Part shown: in pieces, positions 48,342 to 57,332 of the stretch
Layout of the letters: each line of letters starts with the position of its first letter
How positions within the stretch are numbered: position 1 is the first letter of the stretch
DNA from: a virus
Lineage: Duplodnaviria > Caudoviricetes
Length of the DNA stretch: 64,000 nt
Strand: one strand, 5' to 3'
Virus record (IMG/VR): IMGVR_UViG_2713896750_000003
Span: 39,170-103,169 of that record
Made by a program: the position numbers and the translations under genes
Notes under the pieces: model-generated
Seen by the model: the letters and a program-made list of their open reading frames with translations, nothing else
Databases searched by the model: none
What the model was told of the DNA's origin: nothing

Positions 48342-48863
48342 ATGAAATACGCCGTACTGTCATTTACAAACCCAAACGAGAAAATGAAGAAGGTGATAAG
48401 AAAAGCCGGTTCAACTCTCGGAGAAAAGTTTACCGTCTCTACCACTCCAGACAGTGAAATGAATATGCTGTTCTATGAAGCAAATAAAGGCGGAAAAGAG
48501 CTATATAGCGAACAACCAACCCCAGAAGTAGGGTTTCCTATTTTTGTTAACCCTACATTTGGCAATCTTAGAAAGCTTGCCATGAAAGAAGTAAAGGGCT
48601 TTATGAACATGAAGCCTCATCATAGATCTCTCGTGTACTCGACTCTAGCCTGCCTTTACGGTCTAGAGGGGAAAGAGGGCAACAATCCACACCTGACTAC
48701 GAAATTTGTCATTACCGAAATGAACCCAGAGCACCCTCGCCATGAAGATCACAAATACTGTGCTCTTTTAGCGAAACAGCTTGGGTTCCGAGTCATCAAT
48801 TTGGCCAATAGCGAAGGTAGAAGAAGCCTCATGTCGATTCTGAGAAAGCTATCGGCCAAATAG
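48342..48863 (+). CDS. hypothetical protein (weak DprA/SLOG-like resemblance)
   Basis: ATG 5 nt after the helicase stop; TKFVITE...LAKQLGFRVINL. Confidence 0.6.
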   Translation: MKYAVLSFTNPNEKMKKVIRKAGSTLGEKFTVSTTPDSEMNMLFYEANKGGKELYSEQPTPEVGFPIFVNPTFGNLRKLAMKEVKGFMNMKPHHRSLVYSTLACLYGLEGKEGNNPHLTTKFVITEMNPEHPRHEDHKYCALLAKQLGFRVINLANSEGRRSLMSILRKLSAK

Positions 48864-48883
48864 CCAGATAACGGAGTTCGAAT

Positions 48884-49291
48884 ATGACAGAACCACGCGA
48901 AACTAGCTTTTCACATAGAGAGTTACGCTGTAAATGCAGTCGATGTCAGAGAAAATCGCCAAACAGATGCAAGCCCGAATCTTTGGCTCGCCTTCAGCGC
49001 GTTCGTGATCGATTTTATGATGAGTTTGGTAAAGGGTTGGTACTGACATCGGCCTATCGATGTTTAAACCACCCTTCAGAGCAAGCAAAAGTCGCAAAGT
49101 ATGGCCCAAACTACAGAGGCGGCTATCACGTAAAAGGGACCGCATTTGATATAGCGATCGGATGGGGTCGAGAGCGCCAGCGATTAATTCAGATTGCTAT
49201 GGAGGAGGGATTTACTGGGTTTGGGTACGCGAACTCATTCCTCCATATAGATGACGGTCATCCCGTTCTTACCTCTTGGGGCTACAGCTAA
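48884..49291 (+). CDS. endolysin, peptidase M15 family
   Basis: F..RELRCKC, TSAYRC..H, YHVKGTAFDI, FLHID. Confidence 0.88.
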   Translation: MTEPRETSFSHRELRCKCSRCQRKSPNRCKPESLARLQRVRDRFYDEFGKGLVLTSAYRCLNHPSEQAKVAKYGPNYRGGYHVKGTAFDIAIGWGRERQRLIQIAMEEGFTGFGYANSFLHIDDGHPVLTSWGYS

Positions 49292-49292
49292 T

Positions 49293-49317
49293 AAAAAAGG
49301 CAGAGAAATCTGCCTTT
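49293..49317. terminator. bidirectional terminator between convergent genes
   Basis: AAAGGCAGA-GAAA-TCTGCCTTT. Confidence 0.75.
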
Positions 49318-49343
49318 ACTCTGTCGCCAAGACGCGTATGACG

Positions 49344-50042
49344 TTAGGCCAAAGATGATAGTTTTTTCTGTGCGCTTGGGAAAAAGAATCTTTTGATCTG
49401 AATGATTTCAGAAAAATGATTAAAATAGTCTTCACTTATCCCTTCATACTTTTGCTGAATGATACCAGCAAGCATGTCAGCAAATTGAATTCCAAAACTA
49501 GAGCTACTGTCTAATTGTCTAAACCCCACTGTCGTGACGTTGTTACCGGTTCTAGCCGCGTGCTCATAAGCCAAGTGTTGGATGTAAATATGTAATGGTG
49601 CGCCTGTGTTAGGTGCTATCCCCTGTGGATCGGGAATAAGTGTTACGCAGGGGTGTTTTACAATCTCGTCAAAGAGAGACATTCTTATAAGGTAGTTGTA
49701 GAGAAGATTTTTATCATTTCTAAGATGATGACTAACACCGCGTTTAGCCACAACTATTGCGTGGCATTGGAGTCCGTCATTCATTCTGACCAACTGAGCT
49801 GCCTGCTCTGCAAATTCTAGTCTCTGCTGATCATTCAAATCTATCCACTTCATTTCTTGCTTTGAAGAAAATCCATACTTCTTTTTGGCCTTTTTCATAA
49901 AACGGCCAATGTATTTTTGACTTTCTACGTCTGAGGAAATCGTTGCTATTGTAAGATGCTGACTAGACCCACCCTGCCCAAAAGGCTTATCGAGAGTCCA
50001 ACCAAGATCACCACTTTCATCTAGAAAAAAACAGACTGACAC
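49344..50042 (-). CDS. DUF3800-like RNase H-fold protein
   Basis: FLDESGDLG N-terminus, EMKW, and DS..SFGIQFADMLAG C-terminus. Confidence 0.8.
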   Translation of the reverse strand: MSVCFFLDESGDLGWTLDKPFGQGGSSQHLTIATISSDVESQKYIGRFMKKAKKKYGFSSKQEMKWIDLNDQQRLEFAEQAAQLVRMNDGLQCHAIVVAKRGVSHHLRNDKNLLYNYLIRMSLFDEIVKHPCVTLIPDPQGIAPNTGAPLHIYIQHLAYEHAARTGNNVTTVGFRQLDSSSSFGIQFADMLAGIIQQKYEGISEDYFNHFSEIIQIKRFFFPSAQKKLSSLA

Positions 50043-50099
50043 AAATCTTCCCTCAGCTTTACATAGAAGGGAAGTATATCATTATACGAGGAAAAAAGA

Positions 50100-50250
50100 G
50101 AACAAGGAGAACGCCCCCTCCTATACAGGAGGGAGCGCAATGCACGTTAAATATTGGCTAGTGACCCCTAGGACCGGCGAACTTACAGTACGCTTACGAT
50201 GCTAAAAGCTGTCGCGGCACCCTAGGCCTTACTCACAAGGCAATATTACT
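50100..50250 (-). ncRNA. candidate structured RNA upstream of the DUF3800 gene
   Basis: Nested stems AATATTG/CAATATT, CCTT/AAGG, CCTAGG/CCTAGG, CCGCGA/TCGCCGG, then a GC-rich terminator-like hairpin at 50112-50138. Confidence 0.5.
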
Positions 50251-50266
50251 ATTTGAGTATACGACT

Positions 50267-50288
50267 TAATGTGACGCAGATCACATTT
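50267..50288. promoter_or_regulatory. CRP-like binding site
   Basis: TAATGTGACGCAGATCACATTT, 18/22 match to AAATGTGATCTAGATCACATTT. Confidence 0.65.
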
Positions 50289-50300
50289 TAAGGGACGCAG

Positions 50301-50329
50301 ATAGTACTCCTCTTACGAAAAAAGGTCAA
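50301..50329 (-). promoter_or_regulatory. sigma70 promoter
   Basis: TTGACC-17 bp-TACTAT on the minus strand. Confidence 0.6.
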
Positions 50330-50408
50330 GTGCGCTCGGAACACTCATTTATTCTCTTCAATTTACCCTTCTGTATCAGGGGAAAAGAAGTAAAGCTCAG
50401 AACAAAGA

Positions 50409-50750
50409 TCATTGAGTAAATCTAACCTGATCGACTCCGCCCTTTTCGAACATGTCCTCAACCAAAGCAAACCCGTTCGCTCTCAATTCAACTTGATTTA
50501 ATTTATTAGAGTCTATGTCGAATTGTCTCAAAACCTCACCAAGTGACTGAAAGACCAAAGACTCTAACGACTTTTTGGTGACCGGATAAGAAATAACGAT
50601 TTCATCGTCAATGTGAAGGTCTTGTTTGATATTTTTCACGCTATCAGCAAGACCAGAGATAACAAGATTTCTTGTGATGAACATGACGTTCTCTTTATTT
50701 TGCGACCACGCCTTTTTGTGTTTATTGCCAAAAATCATTCTTCTATCCAC
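50409..50750 (-). CDS. hypothetical protein
   Basis: 113-aa ORF. Confidence 0.55.
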   Translation of the reverse strand: MDRRMIFGNKHKKAWSQNKENVMFITRNLVISGLADSVKNIKQDLHIDDEIVISYPVTKKSLESLVFQSLGEVLRQFDIDSNKLNQVELRANGFALVEDMFEKGGVDQVRFTQ

Positions 50751-50849
50751 TAAAATTGCAACTCAACAATCCACAATAATATTATCGCACCTTTGATTCA
50801 ATCTCATTAACAGGGTGTACATGACGCACACCCTTGACATAACGCATAC

Positions 50850-51668
50850 CTAAGCAGCAATACCTAACTTGTTTCGCGTCTTGATATACTGCTTAACAAA
50901 CTCATCTCGAACAATATCGTTTTCACCAAATTTAACAATGCCAGCAAATCCAAGGCGCTGCATCTCCTCTATGATCTCAAGCCACTCGGATAGACCAGAC
51001 TTTTCCTTTCGACTGGTTACGTAATCCTGCACAAAGTCGCCAACAGCTACCATTTTGCAGTTTTTTCCGCGCCTTGTTGTCATCATATCCAACTCTTTAA
51101 AGTTGTAGTTTTGGATTTCATCGCAAACAATTACCGCATTTTTATACGTAAGCCCCTGCTCATGGCTTGTAGAGTTAAACTCTATGATGCCTTTAGCCTT
51201 AAGAAGTGCGTAGGCATCATCGCGACCGCAAATCTCATTCACAATGCTAACGAACGGCTTTTCGTAAGGCGCAGCTTTTTCATCCTGCGTACCTGGCAGG
51301 TGTCCGTTATCTCGAACGGGCACGGTTGTTCTAACAAAAATAGCTTTTTCTTGCGGCTGCAGCGGGTCAAATACGTCTTTTAAAGCAAGATAAACCGCTC
51401 TAAAGGTCTTTCCTGTGCCCGCGCAGCCCACACCAACGACTAAATCATTACAAAAATATGCCTCATCAAAATCACGATGAATTTCACGAAGTGGTGAAAA
51501 ATCACCAATAGAAATGTGAGTTTTTTCTACACTTCTTTGGTCTTTTTCTGAGTAATTTCGATGCTTTTTGTTTGAAACATTGACACATTTATCTGCTTTC
51601 AAACGACGCTTATCCTTTCGCTTTTGCTTACGATTCACCCTTCTTAGTTTGCGTAGATTGGCTGACAT
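50850..51668 (-). CDS. phoH: PhoH-like ATPase
   Basis: GCAGTGKT, GHLPGT..EK, G.TY.NAVIVCDEIQN, TRRG, GDFVQ, DIVR. Confidence 0.9.
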   Translation of the reverse strand: MSANLRKLRRVNRKQKRKDKRRLKADKCVNVSNKKHRNYSEKDQRSVEKTHISIGDFSPLREIHRDFDEAYFCNDLVVGVGCAGTGKTFRAVYLALKDVFDPLQPQEKAIFVRTTVPVRDNGHLPGTQDEKAAPYEKPFVSIVNEICGRDDAYALLKAKGIIEFNSTSHEQGLTYKNAVIVCDEIQNYNFKELDMMTTRRGKNCKMVAVGDFVQDYVTSRKEKSGLSEWLEIIEEMQRLGFAGIVKFGENDIVRDEFVKQYIKTRNKLGIAA

Positions 51669-51687
51669 TTTTCCACTCCTTATATAA

Positions 51688-51815
51688 AGAAAAGCCCCGA
51701 GACAAAGGCCGTCTCGGGGCTTGATTCATTGTGAGCAAAGAAGGCAAACAGTAGGACAGAGCGCTAAAAGACAAGATACCTATAGTGTCTCCCATGCTGC
51801 CAACCTCGCTCACAA
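51688..51815 (-). ncRNA. candidate structured leader/sRNA plus terminator upstream of phoH
   Basis: GUGAGCGAGG/CUUUGCUCAC, GGCAGCA/UGUUUGCC, UGGGA/UCCUA stems followed by AAGCCCCGAGAC/GTCTCGGGGCTT hairpin and U-run. Confidence 0.5.
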
Positions 51816-52169
51816 AATACTTTAAGTAAGTACTTACATTCTACCAAATGTGCATTCACATTGACATATAAGAAACCACACACAATAAGATAAAGATGAA
51901 AGGATAAACAAAAGTACTTTTATACTTTTATATTGTTAGCAAGTTATACATCCATACTTAAGGACATACAGACGAAAATAAACAATGACAATTGTCAGAA
52001 AAAACAAAATTATAAAATGACACATAGACGACCATAATGTTTAATGATTATGGAGGCATATTGAGAGGTATGGGCTATTCATAGGGCGCTCTGTGCGGCT
52101 TTAAGCCCTGCCTTTTGCTCCAGATTAAGCTTGTAAAATAAATGGTTACAGCGTCACGTAGAGAAGTAA

Positions 52170-52201
52170 TTTCATGTAAGAATACCTATTCTTACATGAA
52201 A
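52170..52201. repeat. 32-bp near-perfect palindrome (lox-like site or operator)
   Basis: TTTCATGTAAGAATA-CC-TATTCTTACATGAAA upstream of the recombinase operon. Confidence 0.7.
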
Positions 52202-52289
52202 ACGTGTTAGCCTATGATCCATAGGGATTTTTTGATCACCCATATCTCGTAGAATAAAGTGATAGAGAGTCAATAAAACGGATGACAGC

Positions 52290-53621
52290 ATGGAAAAGAT
52301 AAACATTCGGGTAATTGCCCTGATAGCTAACGAGATGACCCGTCTCATAGAGGTGGACAACGCAACTTTTATGAAGGAGGCGGAGTACGTCAATCGTCAC
52401 CTAAATAAGTACAACGAAGAAGCAGTCAGGAAAATCATCGAGGCCGACCACGCCATTCATAACACGCCAAAATCAGAGTACGAGGTTATGAGTACCCCGT
52501 CTCGATACCGTCGTGCCAACCATTACGATGGGCTGAAAACAATGCTAGGCCCTAACTTTTGTGCGTCACTTAAGCTGGCTGCGAAACATGGCATGCCTCT
52601 TGGTCTGTTCATGGAGGCAGTAGCTGCGGTCGGAGACGACCATTCAAAAAGTGTGGCTAAGAGATTTTTAATGAGCGACGAGTACGGAGCCGTAAACAAC
52701 GGCAATATGTTCGCTTCTATCTTCCCTCTCTATCAGCAATACGGCGAATTCTCGACAATGTTTATGGATGCGGACTTGATGAAGGAGCTTCAGATGACAG
52801 ATCTTTCAAGCTCCGTACCTGTTCACATGCTGGAAATGCCATATCGTCACATCTACATTCAGTTTGGCCCTGTGGGGCCAAACAGCGTGCTCTCAGATGA
52901 GTACATTGTGAGAAACCAAGAGACCGGAGATCATCGCCTTGAGGGGTGCTTGCTTAGTTTTCACAATGAAAACTACATCACACACACAGAGGATGCTCAC
53001 AAAGCGCTTGGCATGCCTGCCAATGCTGATGTTCGCAGTTTCGACGTCATGTTCATTGGCTCTCCAAAAGACAATATGATGGACGACTCAACGCATCACA
53101 TGACGGTGATCTATGATCACAATAGCGATCAAACACTTGAAGAGGTGCTTAGACGCTCGATTGACTATCACATCAATCACCAAAGTTTCGCTCAGAGACC
53201 AGAGTACCGTCGCATGAAGGCGCGAGACGGGGAAAACATGAGAAGGAACATTGACCTTCTGGCGAGATGCCTGGTTTACATGAACTGTGCGGATTGCAGA
53301 AGAATTGATGTAGACGAAGTGACCCCTATTCGCAGACAGTTAGACAATGTAAAGAACCCCAAGAAGCGAAGACGTTTCGAGAAGCAGTTGCAGCAGGCAG
53401 ATAAATACGTACTCATCAAGCCGGTCACCAAAAATGAAAACTTTTCTTCTGGCGAAGCGTCAGGTCGTCACGTAAGAGCGCATTGGAGACGAGGACACAT
53501 GAGAATGCAGAGATACGGAGAGAATCGAGCCAAGACAAAGCTTATTCACATTCGCCCGCAACTAATTGGCGCAAATAAAATCGGTTCGGAGCCAGCTAAG
53601 CCGACTTACAAGGTGAAATAA
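52290..53621 (+). CDS. hypothetical protein with C-terminal HWRRGH motif
   Basis: 443 aa; RHVRAHWRRGHMRMQRYG...IHIRP; TAATG coupling to the recombinase. Confidence 0.78.
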   Translation: MEKINIRVIALIANEMTRLIEVDNATFMKEAEYVNRHLNKYNEEAVRKIIEADHAIHNTPKSEYEVMSTPSRYRRANHYDGLKTMLGPNFCASLKLAAKHGMPLGLFMEAVAAVGDDHSKSVAKRFLMSDEYGAVNNGNMFASIFPLYQQYGEFSTMFMDADLMKELQMTDLSSSVPVHMLEMPYRHIYIQFGPVGPNSVLSDEYIVRNQETGDHRLEGCLLSFHNENYITHTEDAHKALGMPANADVRSFDVMFIGSPKDNMMDDSTHHMTVIYDHNSDQTLEEVLRRSIDYHINHQSFAQRPEYRRMKARDGENMRRNIDLLARCLVYMNCADCRRIDVDEVTPIRRQLDNVKNPKKRRRFEKQLQQADKYVLIKPVTKNENFSSGEASGRHVRAHWRRGHMRMQRYGENRAKTKLIHIRPQLIGANKIGSEPAKPTYKVK

Positions 53622-54250
53622 TGGCAAGCAAGAAAGAGTGCAAACGTAAAGGCGGTAAGCAAGGGGCGGCTCCTATCCCGTCAAGGGAGCAGATTATCAG
53701 CTTTCTCGACATGTGCGGGGATCACCGCCACTCACTGAGAAATCGCGCGATTATGGTTACATTCTTTGTTCTTGGTCTGAGGCCAATGGAGTGCGCTAGC
53801 CTTAAATTGTCTGACGTTTACGACTTTGACAGAGATAAGCTCATGGATGAGCTATTTCTCAAGAAAGAGTACACAAAGCGAGGAAAGCCGAGAGTGCTCG
53901 AACTGTCTAATGATTTACTCATAGAGTGCTGGACGGACTACATTGGTGAGCGAAAAAGTAAAAACTTGAGATTTCGCCCAGATCAGCCATTTTTTATGTC
54001 GCAGGTGGGAGGACACTTCTCTGCAAACAGCATCGGAAATCTAATGAATGACTTTCTTGAAAAGAGATTTGGGTTCAACAGGGGTTGCTCATATTCAGGC
54101 AGAAGATACTTTGCAACGTCAATGCATGAGAATGGAGTCAGCATAAAGACTATTCAGGAACTTATGGGACACACAAACCCAAGTACGACGCACCGATATA
54201 TAGTCGCCACTAAAAAACAGAAAATTAGCGCAATTAAAGGGGTTCTATAA
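53621..54250 (+). CDS. tyrosine recombinase, catalytic domain only
   Basis: RNRA...GLRPME, TKRGKPR, SYSGRR, IQELMGH, THRY. Confidence 0.9.
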   Translation: MASKKECKRKGGKQGAAPIPSREQIISFLDMCGDHRHSLRNRAIMVTFFVLGLRPMECASLKLSDVYDFDRDKLMDELFLKKEYTKRGKPRVLELSNDLLIECWTDYIGERKSKNLRFRPDQPFFMSQVGGHFSANSIGNLMNDFLEKRFGFNRGCSYSGRRYFATSMHENGVSIKTIQELMGHTNPSTTHRYIVATKKQKISAIKGVL

Positions 54251-54367
54251 GTGAACTTGGGATATTTAAGTTTTCACTTAATACATATTGACCATAAATA
54301 ACCAATATCTTAATATCAACGTTAAGGGAAGACAGTTTGTAGTCATCCTTGTTGACCTCATAAATCA

Positions 54368-54403
54368 CGAGAAGCTCGGTAGGGGTACCGGGCTCTTTTT
54401 TTT
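54368..54403. terminator. terminator between convergent genes
   Basis: GAGAAGCTCGGTA-GGGG-TACCGGGCTC-T-run. Confidence 0.7.
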
Positions 54404-54411
54404 ATCTATAT

Positions 54412-55029
54412 TTACCCACCATTCATTGCTTTTTTAAGCATCTTTCCCTCTCTAAAGACAGTTCGAATGCACTTCTCCCCTTCCGGCAGTTTAATTGTCT
54501 CATTGGTTTTTGGGTTTCGAACTTCACGACGCTCTGATGATGTGGTCTTGAACACACCAAAGCCACGAAGCTCCACAACGCCGCACTGTTCGCGAGACTC
54601 TTGCACAATCTCACTGAAAACACGAACCGTTGTCTCTGACACCTTAATTAGATTCTTATGAAGTCCAAACTTAGCCTTGATCATAGATGGGTGGTCGGCA
54701 ACGGCATGAATTAAGTCCCACAAAGATAACGTATGTTTGTCATTCTTCTCAGCGAGACTTCGATTGGTGCGAGTAATAAAGGAGACAACAAAACGATCCT
54801 CCATCGGCATCGTTTCTCCGGTCTTAGGGTTTCGGACGAGACGCCCTCCCTTTTTGAAGTATGGGAATAACTTACCAACCCCCTGTAATCTAATTGGATA
54901 GCCAAGAACCAACTTGTCAGTCATGACATCAAGCAATGAATCTACCGCGATTGCACATTGAGCATCTGTCACCTCAATATCTAAGTTCTGATTTACTCGC
55001 TCTGCAATATCCTTTTTGATGATTTTCAT
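54412..55029 (-). CDS. tandem two-domain IHF/HU-like DNA-bending protein
   Basis: Two copies: IRLQGVGKL...RNPKTGE and VELRGFGVF...RNPKTNE...FREGK.LK. Confidence 0.85.
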   Translation of the reverse strand: MKIIKKDIAERVNQNLDIEVTDAQCAIAVDSLLDVMTDKLVLGYPIRLQGVGKLFPYFKKGGRLVRNPKTGETMPMEDRFVVSFITRTNRSLAEKNDKHTLSLWDLIHAVADHPSMIKAKFGLHKNLIKVSETTVRVFSEIVQESREQCGVVELRGFGVFKTTSSERREVRNPKTNETIKLPEGEKCIRTVFREGKMLKKAMNGG

Positions 55030-55802
55030 TTTTTATCACCTTTCTTTTTGTTGAGTTTACGAAAATAAGTCAGCATGGTCTTTTCGGCCATAGCGGTTGG
55101 TTTTCTTATCTGACCTGACTCGTCGGTTGGGTCGCACATAAATAGCTCGTCACTCTCAGCGTCATAGCCAAAAAGAATCTTCACGCCACACTCGTGGTGC
55201 CACCACGCAGCGATCTTCATGTTGGTGTTGTTAACTAGGTCTTTTCTCTGAATCACGTCACCATTCAGATAAGGAATGATTCGCTCCTGACCATGTTGCC
55301 AAAAGCCAATTTTCTGCTCTTCCAAGCGATTCTTAAGCGTCTGATTGTTTCGTCGCTCGTTACGAAGCTCACCTTGAGTCTTCTCCAGCTCCTTTGTTTT
55401 TGAGGCAAGCTTGGCTTTCTGTTCACGCACGGTCTTTTCAAGCTTTTTAGGATTCATGCGCTTGTACTCTCGAACCTCCGCTCGCAAGCTCTCCACTTCA
55501 GCCTGTAAGGAGGCAATAGTCCCATTTGACACATCAATAACAGCCTGATGTTTGCCAACAATGTCCTTTAGCTTGTTTCCCTGTTTTTCGATGATGTCGT
55601 TCTGCTTTTGTAGCGTTTCCCACATTTCGTCACGGTTCATCACGAGCTCAAGGTTACGAGCGCACAGATTGTCTATTTCTTGGTGAAGCGACTCGATGTA
55701 AGCGGTGTCATCGTTGTAAGCCCCAACCATTTTTTCAATTAGGTTTTGGTTAACCTCGATTAGCTGTCGAATCTCTAAATCCATTGTTCTTAGCCTTGTC
55801 AA
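55026..55802 (-). CDS. coiled-coil hypothetical protein
   Basis: 258-aa ORF, ATGA overlap with the IHF-like gene; start uncertain. Confidence 0.72.
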   Translation of the reverse strand: MTRLRTMDLEIRQLIEVNQNLIEKMVGAYNDDTAYIESLHQEIDNLCARNLELVMNRDEMWETLQKQNDIIEKQGNKLKDIVGKHQAVIDVSNGTIASLQAEVESLRAEVREYKRMNPKKLEKTVREQKAKLASKTKELEKTQGELRNERRNNQTLKNRLEEQKIGFWQHGQERIIPYLNGDVIQRKDLVNNTNMKIAAWWHHECGVKILFGYDAESDELFMCDPTDESGQIRKPTAMAEKTMLTYFRKLNKKKGDKK

Positions 55803-56253
55803 TCATTCGTGAGCAGTGCGAAGCACTGCGAGCTTGTCTATGGCGTTGAACTATATAACTAAACAAAAATTATATCAACACCACACTAAGCGCTTACTTA
55901 TTTACATCATAGGGCGTTAAGGTCAATAGGTCGGCAGGTCTCAAGGTCACATGCGCCAAGTATAAGGGTCTAAATCATAGGCATGGCGGCGGCGTAGTAT
56001 AAGGGTATCAAACTCCGGACGGCACTCGATGACGCTTACCTCCATACACACGCTTTTTTTCTAGGACTATTCACATTTGAGGGGAATTATCAATAAATGA
56101 CAAGATGAAAAAACGCGCTGTAAAGCGTTCTAAGCGTAAAAAATCGATGAGTAATGCAATCTATTATCTAACTCAAAATAACGCTGTCAGAGATGCGCAG
56201 GTTTGCAATTTAACAGTATCTAGTGAATAGATTTGATGAGAATCAACAGACAC

Positions 56254-56282
56254 AAAAAAGCGCTCATTGTGAGCGCTTTTTG
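56254..56282. terminator. intrinsic terminator
   Basis: AAAAAAGCGCTCA-TTG-TGAGCGCTTTTT. Confidence 0.8.
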
Positions 56283-56288
56283 ATTGGG

Positions 56289-56495
56289 TTAAGCAATGGA
56301 ATATCGTTCGACAAATTCCGCAATCTGACTTCTAACTTGATTCATTGGGATAGTTTCAAAGAACCACTCTTTTAAATCGTTTTGAAAGAATCGATTGACG
56401 GTTGGGTCGCAGATGTTCAAAGCCACATAATCCATAACATCGCTATCAGACTGGAAAAGGTAATTTTGTGATTCAACAATGGTTAGCTTAGCCAT
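56289..56495 (-). CDS. small hypothetical protein
   Basis: ORF ending just before the terminator. Confidence 0.6.
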   Translation of the reverse strand: MAKLTIVESQNYLFQSDSDVMDYVALNICDPTVNRFFQNDLKEWFFETIPMNQVRSQIAEFVERYSIA

Positions 56496-56574
56496 GATCA
56501 AAACTCTTATTCAATTAAACAGTGAGGGTGGAGATAAGAGGGCGCAGAGTTTGCGCCCTGTTGGTTTGTGTGAC

Positions 56575-57243
56575 TTAAAATCCAGTCGCCACTTTCTTGC
56601 TGTTCACTAGCTCGCGCATCTTTTGCACTAGCGGATGATCATTGTTGATGGTTACGACTTTACGTGAGCCATCTTTCACAACTTCGCCAAGTCCATATTT
56701 CTTGAAAAAGCTGCACACGTAGCCAGCTTGTGTGAGTGTGTCGTGATTCATTAACTCTTTGATGTATGTATCGCTGAATTGCGTGTCGTTATCAGCGACG
56801 GCCTCCATCATTGCAAATACTGTCTTATGCACTTTTTTAACTTCGCTGAATTTTGGATTGATGCTTTTCGCAGCTTGGTTAAGCGCTTGCAGTGACGGAG
56901 CGCTTGTCTCGTTTGCTACGACCGCACATAAACCCATCACGTATTTTTTATGTTCACGACTTGCAGAGTTGATCACGTTAGCAGGGTCCAGTGTTGGGTT
57001 GATCATTTTCATGATTCGCATCTCGCTTGCATTCAGACCAGATAAGTAGCTGTTCATTCGAGCGTGCGTTTCAGCTCTCATACCCGCTTCACCCAAACGT
57101 TCACGACGTGAACTGGTTTCAGTGATTTTTTCGTTTTCCTCGCTACGTTTTGCGAACATTTCTTGTGCGAATGTTAGACCGTCGATTGCGCTTGCAGTCG
57201 CAGCAGATAGGAATGATTTGTTAGTGTTTTTTGCGTTAGTCAT
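56575..57243 (-). CDS. hypothetical protein, possible C-terminal winged helix
   Basis: GAAGGAA RBS, own promoter, hairpin at 56539-56559 downstream. Confidence 0.75.
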   Translation of the reverse strand: MTNAKNTNKSFLSAATASAIDGLTFAQEMFAKRSEENEKITETSSRRERLGEAGMRAETHARMNSYLSGLNASEMRIMKMINPTLDPANVINSASREHKKYVMGLCAVVANETSAPSLQALNQAAKSINPKFSEVKKVHKTVFAMMEAVADNDTQFSDTYIKELMNHDTLTQAGYVCSFFKKYGLGEVVKDGSRKVVTINNDHPLVQKMRELVNSKKVATGF

Positions 57244-57303
57244 AATAATTTTCCTTCTATGTAGATTTATGTTTTTTATTTCGTGTCTCTCGAACACGCT
57301 TTT

Positions 57304-57332
57304 AATTTAAGTGATCACTTATTCGTTTTCAA
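57304..57332 (-). promoter_or_regulatory. sigma70 promoter with palindromic operator in the spacer
   Basis: TTGAAA-17 bp-TAAATT; TAAGTGATCACTTA at 57308-57321; CRP-like GGTGA-N6-TCACA at 57370-57385. Confidence 0.55.

Noticed and set aside
49344-50042. IS transposase (RNase H fold)
   Set aside because: No terminal inverted repeats or target duplication seen; motifs fit DUF3800
51628-51813. 61-aa ORF upstream of phoH
   Set aside because: Runs through a terminator and overlaps phoH out of frame; RNA structure explains the region better
52170-52201. Protelomerase telRL site
   Set aside because: Centre is asymmetric (CC) and no protelomerase-sized gene is present in the window
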